Part shown: in pieces, positions 1-7,935 of the stretch
Position numbering within the stretch: position 1 is the first letter of the stretch
How the letters are laid out: every line of letters starts with the position of its first letter
Source of the DNA: a virus
Taxonomy: Duplodnaviria; Heunggongvirae; Uroviricota; Caudoviricetes
IMG/VR virus record: IMGVR_UViG_3300029705_000031
Direction: 5' to 3' (one strand)
DNA: 64,000 nucleotides
Position numbers and translations under genes: made by a program
Notes under the pieces: model-generated
Told to the model about the DNA's origin: nothing
Databases searched by the model: none
What the model saw: only the letters and a program-made list of their open reading frames with translations

Positions 1-282
1 GATATGGGTGTAGGAATAGAAAATTATGAATTTGAATTTATGGATAGAGAAACTTTATCTGATTTAAATAGTAGAATAAATAATCAAATTAATAGATATA
101 TTCCTTCAATAAATATAGCAAATATTTTAGTAGATATAATAAATAATGATATGGATAGACATAAAAATAAAATTGGTGTACTTATTAATTTTGCAAAGAC
201 TAAAGAAGGACGAGAAAATATGGTACTTACTTTTGAAAAAGTTGGTAAGACTGGTAAAATTGAAAGTAAGATTTATATCTAA
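1..282 (+). CDS. Baseplate wedge protein, T4 gp25-like (probably 5'-truncated by window edge)
   Basis: MGVGIENYEFEFMD..TLSDLNSRINNQINRYIP resembles the gp25/GPW pattern; frame is open from base 1; next to a gp26-like gene. Confidence 0.6.
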   Translation, partial: DMGVGIENYEFEFMDRETLSDLNSRINNQINRYIPSINIANILVDIINNDMDRHKNKIGVLINFAKTKEGRENMVLTFEKVGKTGKIESKIYI

Positions 283-307
283 TTTTTTATAATAAAAAGT
301 ATTTTAT

Positions 308-319
308 AACACTAAAATA
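308..319 (+). promoter_or_regulatory. Late promoter motif AACA-N6-TA
   Basis: AACA-CTAAAA-TA upstream of the gp26-like gene; matches the AR9 late consensus. Confidence 0.6.
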
Positions 320-355
320 ATTCTCATTATTTTAGATAAGGAGGTCAAAAGAATA

Positions 356-1861
356 ATGGAAAACATTCCAGTTGAAATTAATGAAGTAATTGATTCTATT
401 GAGGTTACAACTAATAAAGTAAATAATACATCTGATCTAGATGATTTATTAAAGAATAGTTCTAAAGAAGAAATTTTAGCTAAGTTTGCAAAAATACATG
501 ATGAAGAAAATTCAGATAAAGAAACTGTAGAAGTAGTTACAACTATTGATGGTGGCAATACTGATCACGCAGATGGAAAGATTGTAGCACATGTTTCTGG
601 TGTCAATCTTGATATTTCTGATATCCCTATTGATGAAGACTCTGCATATGTTAGTTCTGTTTTAGGCAATCTAGATGATGAACCCGAACAAGCAGTAGAA
701 TCTGAAACTATGATTGATGAAGTAAACTTTGGAATCGATTTTAATGATAGTGAAAATATCGATTTTACTAAGGAAGCTGACGGAGTAGATCAGTCTGTTG
801 AAGGTGCATTAAAGGATGATGTAGTTACTAATTTCCGAAATGAAGAAAAGTATGTCTATCATTCTTATGCTGATAATAAAGTGTCTACTAGAGGTAATAA
901 TCCCAAGTTAGCATTTATGGATAAGATCAATGTTGACTTAAACAACATTACCATCACTAATAAGTCTCCTATTCAACAGGCAGAAGATATCAATCTAGTT
1001 TTCAATAGCAATGTAGCTACATTTACTGTAACTTGCTGTCAGTCTGGTTATACTGCGGATATGTCTGGTTTAACTCTATCTGAAAAGAATGCTATCAATA
1101 ATTCTGATGGTGGTGATTTATTCCAGTTCCGTCAGAGACTATATAAGACTGTCTATAATAAGATTCAGTCTATGTCTATTAAGAAGCCTGACTTTAATAC
1201 TTGGTTAAAGATTACTTCTTTCAATGATCTATCCACTTTACTATTTGGTATCTATTGTCAGACTTTTATTGATAACAATGACTTTGATATTACTTGTGGT
1301 AAGTGTGGTAAGTCTACTTCTGTTACTGTTAACAATCAGTCTTTAATTGAAGTTAGAGATAGAAATGCTTTTAAGAAGTTAGATGAGATTCTAAACTCTA
1401 CTAAGTCTGGAGAGGAACTAATTGCTACTTCTGTCATTCATAAGGATGAAAGAATTATGCTCAATGATAGTAAGATTGTTGTAGATGTTGCTACTCCTTC
1501 TCTATATGATCATATGGTAATGCTTAAGATCTCTAAGCAAGAAACTCTACAAGAATATGCTGATGCATTTAGTGCTATGCTATTCATTTCTCATCTATAT
1601 ATGTTAGATGTTAAGGAAACTTATAGTACTGGTCATGCTGTTTATTATGAAGTAACTGATAAGCCTAGACTACTTAACATTCTACTTAAGCTATCTAGTA
1701 GAGACGGTGAACAGCTAGAAAATGCTATTGAAGAGAAGTTAGGACAGTATAAGATTGACTACCAAATCCATAACGTAACCTGTTCTCATTGTAAAACTAA
1801 GCTTCCTGGAATTCCTGTAGATATTGAGACTATCCTTTTTACACGGATAAACAGGACGTAA
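356..1861 (+). CDS. Baseplate hub/tail assembly chaperone, T4 gp26-like, with acidic N-terminal extension
   Basis: GLTLSEK, LLFGIYCQTF..ITCGKCG, VATPSLYD and terminal TCSHC..DIETILF line up by eye with gp26 blocks and CxxC motifs. Confidence 0.6.
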   Translation: MENIPVEINEVIDSIEVTTNKVNNTSDLDDLLKNSSKEEILAKFAKIHDEENSDKETVEVVTTIDGGNTDHADGKIVAHVSGVNLDISDIPIDEDSAYVSSVLGNLDDEPEQAVESETMIDEVNFGIDFNDSENIDFTKEADGVDQSVEGALKDDVVTNFRNEEKYVYHSYADNKVSTRGNNPKLAFMDKINVDLNNITITNKSPIQQAEDINLVFNSNVATFTVTCCQSGYTADMSGLTLSEKNAINNSDGGDLFQFRQRLYKTVYNKIQSMSIKKPDFNTWLKITSFNDLSTLLFGIYCQTFIDNNDFDITCGKCGKSTSVTVNNQSLIEVRDRNAFKKLDEILNSTKSGEELIATSVIHKDERIMLNDSKIVVDVATPSLYDHMVMLKISKQETLQEYADAFSAMLFISHLYMLDVKETYSTGHAVYYEVTDKPRLLNILLKLSSRDGEQLENAIEEKLGQYKIDYQIHNVTCSHCKTKLPGIPVDIETILFTRINRT

Positions 1862-2109
1862 ATGGTAACGTAAGTTATAAAGTTTCAAGAGCAGCTGATA
1901 GTGATTTTATAGTCTCAGTTTTAGACCTGTTTGCAGGACAAATTTCACTTTCAGAAGTATTAAACTCTGAAATAGCTGTCTTAAAGGAACTATGTGAAGC
2001 AAGAAGTAAGCTATTAGAAGAAAAAGAAAAAGCCAAAGCTCAGGCAATGGCAAAAATCGAAAATGATAGAGCTTACGGTGATATCAATAAAATCTATAAT
2101 CAACGTTAA
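1834..2109 (+). CDS. -1 frame extension (gp51-like C-terminal tail) of the gp26-like gene, not in the ORF track
   Basis: Frame open 1828-2109 with no ATG/GTG/TTG until near its end; overlaps the gp26-like stop; slippery C CTT TTT at 1834-1840; encodes ..DFIVSVLDLFAGQISLSEVLNSEIAVLKELCEARSKLLEEKEK.. Confidence 0.6.
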   Translation, partial: PFYTDKQDVNGNVSYKVSRAADSDFIVSVLDLFAGQISLSEVLNSEIAVLKELCEARSKLLEEKEKAKAQAMAKIENDRAYGDINKIYNQR

Positions 2110-2186
2110 AAATTTTCATTATACTTTTCTGTAATTAAAAACTTATTGATGATTGATTTATTAATTACAGAAAGTGTGGTGATTCT

Positions 2187-2528
2187 ATGAATCCACGTTT
2201 AAAAAAGTTCAAGGATTTGACTACTTGGGTTGAATCTAATAGAGTTGAAAACCTATTAGAAGGAACTTTGTTTTTAAACAATGCTTTTAAATTCATTGAT
2301 TTACTGGTATTTTTAGATGAAAATTCTTTTGTATATACAGTAATAGAAGGATTTAAAGGAAAAACAGCTTTTGGAGAAAAGGAAAATCACTTTAAAGATG
2401 TCGTTTTACAAGTATCTAATGAACGAATAGAAAATGTAGTTGAATTTTTTAATAAATCTGCAAAATGTAATGAAGATTTTAAAGTACAAGTTATAGATAA
2501 TGATTTGATAAAAATTGAAATAAGATAA
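2187..2528 (+). CDS. Hypothetical protein
   Basis: 113 aa ORF with RBS-like GTGGTGA and a downstream terminator. Confidence 0.7.
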   Translation: MNPRLKKFKDLTTWVESNRVENLLEGTLFLNNAFKFIDLLVFLDENSFVYTVIEGFKGKTAFGEKENHFKDVVLQVSNERIENVVEFFNKSAKCNEDFKVQVIDNDLIKIEIR

Positions 2529-2536
2529 AAACATAA

Positions 2537-2575
2537 AATAAGGAATCTTTTAAGTAAAAGATTCCTTATTCTTTT
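2537..2575 (+). terminator. Intrinsic terminator
   Basis: 15-bp perfect stem AATAAGGAATCTTTT/AAAAGATTCCTTATT followed by a T-rich tail. Confidence 0.75.
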
Positions 2576-2616
2576 ATAAAATCTAGATTAAGAAAAAAGA
2601 AAGGAGTCTTTATTAA

Positions 2617-4356
2617 ATGGCTCAAGCAACAATTGACAATTTGTTTCTTAATTCTAACATTATAGATGAGGCTGAAGCTAAAGAAAAGATACGTTCTACT
2701 CTAAGTAAGATAGCACAAGAAGTTAGTAGATCTTTAGGCCCTTATGGTAGTACTACTATTATTGAAGATAGACTTGGTGATCATTATATGACTAAGGATG
2801 GTTATACTATTCTTAAGGCTATGAACTATAACTATGATATTTCTCGTACTGTATTAGATATAGTTAAAAAGATTTCTAAGTCTCTAGTTAGAACTGTTGG
2901 TGATGGTTCTACTTCATCTGTTATTATAGCTAATGAACTATTTGGTTCTATCAATACTATTTCAGAAAAGCTAGAATTAGCACCTCAAGATATCTTAGAG
3001 ATCTTTAATGTACTAGCTGAGAAATTTGAAGAGCTAATTCTGGAACATGCAACTCAGATTACAGATGAGAATTTTGATGAAACCATTACTAAGATAGCTA
3101 CTATTTCTTGTAACAACAATCAAGAAAGTGGCAAACTATTCTGTGATATTTTCAAGGCTATTGGTAGATACGGTTTTATCAATCTAGAAAATGGTAAATC
3201 TAGTAAGGACTATTTTGAAAAGGTACAAGGTATTGAAGTTCCTAGAGGTTGGATTAATGCGAGAATGGCCAACCAAAGTGATAGAATTTCAACTGAGTAT
3301 GAAAATGCTTTAGTATTCATGATGAATGACATGATGTCAGATGACGAAATAGATGTTATTGCTGGAATGATGGATACTATATGTATTAAACAGAATGTAC
3401 CTCTAATTCTAATTGCTACTAACTATACATCATCTGTTAAATCTTTCTTTGATGCAAATTTGCAGAAGAATAAGCATCTACCTGTAGTTGCTATAGATAT
3501 CGACGCATCTACTAAGAGAGGTAGAGAAAGATTTGAAGATTTAGCATTAGCTCTTGGATGTCATTACTATGATAAGTTCAATGGAATGGAAAAGATTAAA
3601 GATTTCTCCATTAAAGACTTAGGTAAATGTAAGCGTTTCAAAGGTGATGACCTAAAGTCTATCTTTATTGATGGCGATGGTTATACTTCTAATGCTGAAA
3701 AGCTACAAGAACACATAAAAAATCTAGAAGACGAATACCAGAGATTACAACATATGGATGAAATCCATGATAATCGTGAAACTGATCTGTTTCAGATTAA
3801 GAAGCGTATTGCTACTTTAACATCTAGTATGGCAACTCTTTATGTTGGTGGTAATTCTGAAATGGAAAGAACTACTAGAAAGTTCTTAATGGAAGATGCT
3901 GTCTACGCTTGCAGATCTTCAATAGAACATGGTTATGTTGTAGGTGGTAACTTAATCCTTCCTAAACTAATTGATAAGTATGAAACTGACATAATCACAA
4001 AAACTATCTCTGATAAACGTCTAGAGTATCTATTCAATATCTATGAAACAGTATTATCATTTTCTAATGCAATAAAGTTTATACTAGATACTGTATTTTC
4101 AGCATTTAAGAAATCTTTCTTAACTGTGTTAGAAAATGCACACATCAATAAAGAGAAAGCAGAAGAAATCATAGATACATGTTTAATGGAAGATAAGATC
4201 TATAATGTAAAACTACGTAGATATGAGAATGATAATGAAACTAATGTAATCAATTCAGCTCAGACTGATATTGAGATTATTAAAGCTAGTTTCTCTATCA
4301 TTGGTCTATTAGCTACTAGTAATCAGTTTATTACTACGAATCCTATGAATAGATAA
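2617..4356 (+). CDS. groEL: Phage chaperonin (GroEL-like)
   Basis: SLGPYG, TKDGYTI, VGDGSTS (GDGTT motif), YVGG..E and GYVVGG motifs; 579 aa. Confidence 0.92.
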   Translation: MAQATIDNLFLNSNIIDEAEAKEKIRSTLSKIAQEVSRSLGPYGSTTIIEDRLGDHYMTKDGYTILKAMNYNYDISRTVLDIVKKISKSLVRTVGDGSTSSVIIANELFGSINTISEKLELAPQDILEIFNVLAEKFEELILEHATQITDENFDETITKIATISCNNNQESGKLFCDIFKAIGRYGFINLENGKSSKDYFEKVQGIEVPRGWINARMANQSDRISTEYENALVFMMNDMMSDDEIDVIAGMMDTICIKQNVPLILIATNYTSSVKSFFDANLQKNKHLPVVAIDIDASTKRGRERFEDLALALGCHYYDKFNGMEKIKDFSIKDLGKCKRFKGDDLKSIFIDGDGYTSNAEKLQEHIKNLEDEYQRLQHMDEIHDNRETDLFQIKKRIATLTSSMATLYVGGNSEMERTTRKFLMEDAVYACRSSIEHGYVVGGNLILPKLIDKYETDIITKTISDKRLEYLFNIYETVLSFSNAIKFILDTVFSAFKKSFLTVLENAHINKEKAEEIIDTCLMEDKIYNVKLRRYENDNETNVINSAQTDIEIIKASFSIIGLLATSNQFITTNPMNR

Positions 4357-4362
4357 AAGAAA

Positions 4363-4401
4363 TTTTAGAGTATAATCCTTGTATTGGATTATACTCTAAA
4401 A
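4363..4401 (+). terminator. Intrinsic terminator
   Basis: 16-bp stem TTTTAGAGTATAATCC/GGATTATACTCTAAAA after groEL. Confidence 0.75.
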
Positions 4402-4404
4402 ATT

Positions 4405-4433
4405 TGTAATAAATCCATTTTTATCTATATATT
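4405..4433 (+). promoter_or_regulatory. Early promoter motif YGTA-N17-TATATATT
   Basis: TGTA-17 nt-TATATATT upstream of the sigma gene; same spacing at four other loci. Confidence 0.6.
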
Positions 4434-4485
4434 CTAACCTTAGTAAATACTTATAACATATTATACTAACTTTGGAGGACTAATT

Positions 4486-5208
4486 ATGTACAATGACAAA
4501 ATTACAGATCTGGAATATGATGTTCATAATAATTCAGATAATGATGAAGAAGAAGTAAAAGTATTTATTAAAGAAATTGAAAGAATTCCAAAACTTTCCT
4601 TTGAAGAAGAAACGCAATTAATTCATAGATATATGAATGGAGATGAAACTGCTAAACAACGTCTTATTGAGGGAAATATTTATAGAGTAGTTAAAATCGC
4701 TAGAAACTATATTGGAAACGGTATTCCTTTATCAGAACTTATTAGTGAAGGCAATATTGTTCTTATAAACTCCATTGATGGATATGATCCAACAAAAGGA
4801 ATGACATTTAAGACTTACACAGGTGGTCGTATACATAGTTATTATATGTATATAACTGATAAGTATAAAAAACGAATTAATAAAAATAGATATATTTTAC
4901 AATCAAGTTACACTATAGATGATATTATTGATACAGATTTTGATATATCAGATGAAGATATTTTTGAAAACGTTAGTAATATGTTTCTTAAAGAAGATTT
5001 ACTTAGTTTAATGAAAACTATTACTAGTAGAGAAGAAGATATCTTATTACGTTATTATGGTTTAATTGATTCAGAAGAAACCTTTAAAGAAATTGCAAAG
5101 TCATATAATTTACATATGAATCGTATTAGTCAAATTCATAACAAAGCAATTAGAAAAATGCAACATCATTCTCGTTCTAGAAAAATTAGAGATTACTATT
5201 ATTATTAA
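4486..5208 (+). CDS. Sigma-70 family factor, SigA-derived, lacking region 3 and with degenerate regions 2.3 and 4.2
   Basis: Region 1.2 KEIERIPKLSFEEE; region 2 LIEGNIYRVVKIARNY..LSELISEG..YDPTKG..FKTY; region 4 REEDILLRYYGL..TFKEIA..RISQIHNKAIRKMQHHSRSRKIRDY. Confidence 0.88.
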   Translation: MYNDKITDLEYDVHNNSDNDEEEVKVFIKEIERIPKLSFEEETQLIHRYMNGDETAKQRLIEGNIYRVVKIARNYIGNGIPLSELISEGNIVLINSIDGYDPTKGMTFKTYTGGRIHSYYMYITDKYKKRINKNRYILQSSYTIDDIIDTDFDISDEDIFENVSNMFLKEDLLSLMKTITSREEDILLRYYGLIDSEETFKEIAKSYNLHMNRISQIHNKAIRKMQHHSRSRKIRDYYYY

Positions 5209-5246
5209 AACTTATAAGACACAATTGAAAGGAGTATTAAAAAATT

Positions 5247-5894
5247 ATGGGTTGGTGGGGTTCTCATCCTTTAGAGGGAGACGATGGTCTTGATGTTACA
5301 GGTAGTCTTGAATACTGTATGATTGAAAATCTAATAGAACGTGTTAAGAATCCTATTGTTAAGCTCTTTGTAAATAAAGAGTTAGTAGATCTAGTAGTTA
5401 GAAACTATTTTGATAGAGAAGGTATTTGGGAGGAATGTCTTTGTAAATTTGAATTAAGACATAAACTCTATGACTATTACAAATACAAAATCCTAAGAGA
5501 AGAATTTGATCTAGATGTAAGATATGAGTATCTTTATGAACAATATGTAAGATGGTCTGTACTTATTCCATTTATTTTCATTAATGAAAACATCAGGGTA
5601 AAACATAAATATGTTGAGCAAATAACAAGTCATGTCAGAAACTTTATTGAGGATTATGAAGATGCTGCAATGATTACTTTTACTAATCCTGAAGGATATA
5701 AAACTGATAAAGAATGCCTTGAGTATTACCTTTACATAGCAGATAAGTATAAGTATCAGTTGTTTGATGAAGATAATAAAGAACTTACTAAGGAATTTGT
5801 AAAACAACATCCAGAAATTGTAGATGTACATGGTCAAGGATTATTTGAAAAACATTTAGATAAAGTAGAAAACTGTATTGTTACAGTAGACTAA
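5247..5894 (+). CDS. Hypothetical protein (N-terminus MGWWGSHPLEGDD, DUF4259-like)
   Basis: Strong RBS AAGGAG; N-terminus resembles the MGAWG..DDA type start. Confidence 0.6.
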   Translation: MGWWGSHPLEGDDGLDVTGSLEYCMIENLIERVKNPIVKLFVNKELVDLVVRNYFDREGIWEECLCKFELRHKLYDYYKYKILREEFDLDVRYEYLYEQYVRWSVLIPFIFINENIRVKHKYVEQITSHVRNFIEDYEDAAMITFTNPEGYKTDKECLEYYLYIADKYKYQLFDEDNKELTKEFVKQHPEIVDVHGQGLFEKHLDKVENCIVTVD

Positions 5895-5898
5895 AGAC

Positions 5899-5936
5899 AA
5901 AAAGATTACCTATTCATTTAGGTAATCTTTTTTTTT
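5899..5936 (+). terminator. Intrinsic terminator
   Basis: AAAAAGATTACCTA/TAGGTAATCTTTTT stem plus poly-T. Confidence 0.8.
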
Positions 5937-5956
5937 CATTTCTTAATTACTCTTTA

Positions 5957-5968
5957 AACACTTCATTA
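5957..5968 (+). promoter_or_regulatory. Late promoter motif AACA-N6-TA
   Basis: AACA-CTTCAT-TA upstream of 5993. Confidence 0.55.
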
Positions 5969-5992
5969 TAAAAGAAAGTAGGTGATTATATA

Positions 5993-6811
5993 ATGCCACT
6001 AAATTTTCCTATTTTTAATGGACGTACTATTATAACATTAGATCAATTCCTTACCAATCCAACAGGCAAAGGCAGTAGTTTTATGTCAAAACGTCTTGAA
6101 GTCAAGAAAAATCTTGATATGAGATATTACAAACTACTTAAAGAATCTACTAAAAATGGAAATTTCACTTATAAGGTTTATATAGATAAAGATGTATATT
6201 TCTTTTGGTTTAAGATACCTTCAGAAACTTATAAGGAAATCTACTATGATGTAGTATTAGAATTTGTACCAACTGAAAAGAAAATGGAAAAGTTTTCTAC
6301 TATAAATGACTATTCTATAAACTTCTTTAGTAACTCTCCTCATATGATGTTTACCTATACCTATGTGCTTAATCAAGAACGTCTATTAGTAGATATGTTA
6401 AAGTCAACTAAATACTCTAAACAAGCTTTAAAAGATAGACCTAAAGTAACTAATCCAGTAGAGATCTTTGGTTTTGAAAAATCATGCTACTATGCATGTA
6501 AATACATCAATGAAAAGAAACTATACACTAAAGCTGAAATAGAAAGAAATGCAACTCAAATTACTAAAACTACTAGAGTTGAGTTACTTAATTCTATAAT
6601 GTCACAAGAATCTAAGTATTTACAATATGAAGCTGTAAAAAAGAAATATGCTGATGAAAAACGAAAAGAAAGAGAAGCTAAAGCTAGAAAAGCTAATTCT
6701 CAATACAATCAAGCTGTAAAAGCAGCAACAGCTAAGAAACCTAGTACTAGTAAAACTGTTAATAGAAAGAAAGCAACTGGATTTAAATCTGTTTTTAGTA
6801 AAAGAAAGTAA
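5993..6811 (+). CDS. Hypothetical protein, probably a conserved jumbo-phage gene, with basic C-terminal tail
   Basis: 272 aa; YYDVVLEF and FFSNSPHMMFTYTY blocks; own promoter and terminator. Confidence 0.7.
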   Translation: MPLNFPIFNGRTIITLDQFLTNPTGKGSSFMSKRLEVKKNLDMRYYKLLKESTKNGNFTYKVYIDKDVYFFWFKIPSETYKEIYYDVVLEFVPTEKKMEKFSTINDYSINFFSNSPHMMFTYTYVLNQERLLVDMLKSTKYSKQALKDRPKVTNPVEIFGFEKSCYYACKYINEKKLYTKAEIERNATQITKTTRVELLNSIMSQESKYLQYEAVKKKYADEKRKEREAKARKANSQYNQAVKAATAKKPSTSKTVNRKKATGFKSVFSKRK

Positions 6812-6841
6812 GTATGGACTTAAATGTCCATACTTACTTTT
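6805..6841 (+). terminator. Intrinsic terminator
   Basis: 15-bp stem AAAGTAAGTATGGAC/GTCCATACTTACTTT. Confidence 0.75.
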
Positions 6842-6861
6842 AACTTTAAAAGTAGTTTTAT

Positions 6862-6875
6862 CTATATATAATGAA
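6862..6875 (+). promoter_or_regulatory. Early-type promoter core CTATATATAATGAA
   Basis: Same 14-mer at 62096-62109; upstream of 6910. Confidence 0.45.
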
Positions 6876-6909
6876 TTTGCTATCTTAATTAAAGGAGGTT
6901 AAATCATAG

Positions 6910-7329
6910 ATGTTAAAAGAACAGGATTTTATATGGAAAGAACATATGACAAACAATATACCAAGTAATCCATTAGAAGAATACTATTGTTTGGTAGATA
7001 CTGGAAGTTGTATTAGAAAATATAGTATCCAACCACAGTATCCAGAAATAAGAAATGGCTACGTTGATCATTCTAAAGAACCTGAATTATACATTTTCTT
7101 TGAAGCAACTGGTAGAAAAGCAACAGATGAAGAAAAGAAAAGCATGTTTTATGAGTATACTAATTATGATGGTTGTGTATTTGATCATAAAACATTTATT
7201 AGAGCATATATATCAATGATTGAAGCCAAACAAAGAGCATATTTCAATTATAAAGCTATTTATGGTTATGCACTATCTCATATTGTAGATAATGTAGAGG
7301 ACTCTACAAAAGATCATGTTTTTATTTAG
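6910..7329 (+). CDS. Hypothetical protein
   Basis: 139 aa ORF with RBS GGAGG. Confidence 0.7.
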   Translation: MLKEQDFIWKEHMTNNIPSNPLEEYYCLVDTGSCIRKYSIQPQYPEIRNGYVDHSKEPELYIFFEATGRKATDEEKKSMFYEYTNYDGCVFDHKTFIRAYISMIEAKQRAYFNYKAIYGYALSHIVDNVEDSTKDHVFI

Positions 7330-7347
7330 ATTGAGGAGGAATTAATA

Positions 7348-7569
7348 ATGCAAATATTTTTTAAAACTAAAAACTTTGAAAATGACAGGGAAGAAGTTTA
7401 TTCAGCCTGTAGTCTTACTTTACAGCAATTTGTAAATGGTCTACAAGAACTATGTAATCAAGGTTATGGAGATAGAAAAGTTAGTTGTTGTGGAGTAACT
7501 GATTTCTATATTCATACATTTGATAAAGATAGTAAATATATTACTATTGATGATGAAAGAGATATCTAA
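7348..7569 (+). CDS. Hypothetical protein
   Basis: 73 aa ORF with RBS GAGGAGG. Confidence 0.7.
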   Translation: MQIFFKTKNFENDREEVYSACSLTLQQFVNGLQELCNQGYGDRKVSCCGVTDFYIHTFDKDSKYITIDDERDI

Positions 7570-7591
7570 TAAGATTGGAGATTTAAACATC

Positions 7592-7846
7592 ATGGAAGAA
7601 TCTAAGAATAAGTACCTTACAGTAGGACAATTAAAGAAAATTTTAGATAATTGCGTAGATGAATCTAATAAAGATTGTTTAGTAGTTATAGATTCTAAAC
7701 CGTTATCTAGTAGATCTTATATTGGTGCAAGTCCTTCCACCTGTTGTATGCCATTTGCTGGTTTTGGTATTGATTGGGATTCTGAAAAGTTCCTTATCTT
7801 CCCTTCTGAAACATTGTATTTTAATGATGTTGATAGAAATCTTTAA
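7592..7846 (+). CDS. Hypothetical protein (start revised to MEESK)
   Basis: RBS GGAG before ATG 7592; LTVGQLKKIL motif common in small phage proteins. Confidence 0.65.
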   Translation: MEESKNKYLTVGQLKKILDNCVDESNKDCLVVIDSKPLSSRSYIGASPSTCCMPFAGFGIDWDSEKFLIFPSETLYFNDVDRNL

Positions 7847-7935
7847 AACATTAAAGATTTCTATAAAAATATATTATGAATAAGTGTAAACTAACTTATT
7901 CTTTCTAAAAGTGGAAGTTAACAAGGAAGGGTTGG

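Noticed and set aside
304-558. Antisense ORFs in the track (e.g. 304, 5511, 11564, 17403, 17999, 25911, 27515, 29476, 30172, 33583, 36599, 36896, 41752, 41856, 43155, 44460, 52442, 53746, 53933, 54398, 55772, 57058, 62064)
   Set aside because: They are shadows of well-supported genes on the opposite strand, lack an RBS and have atypical composition
1862-1873. Mini-ORF ATG GTA ACG TAA as the start of the downstream ORF
   Set aside because: It is in the gp26 frame and stops after 3 codons, so it cannot initiate the -1 ORF
2187-2528. GroES co-chaperonin upstream of groEL
   Set aside because: No GroES motifs (PLxDRV, mobile loop), and a terminator separates it from groEL
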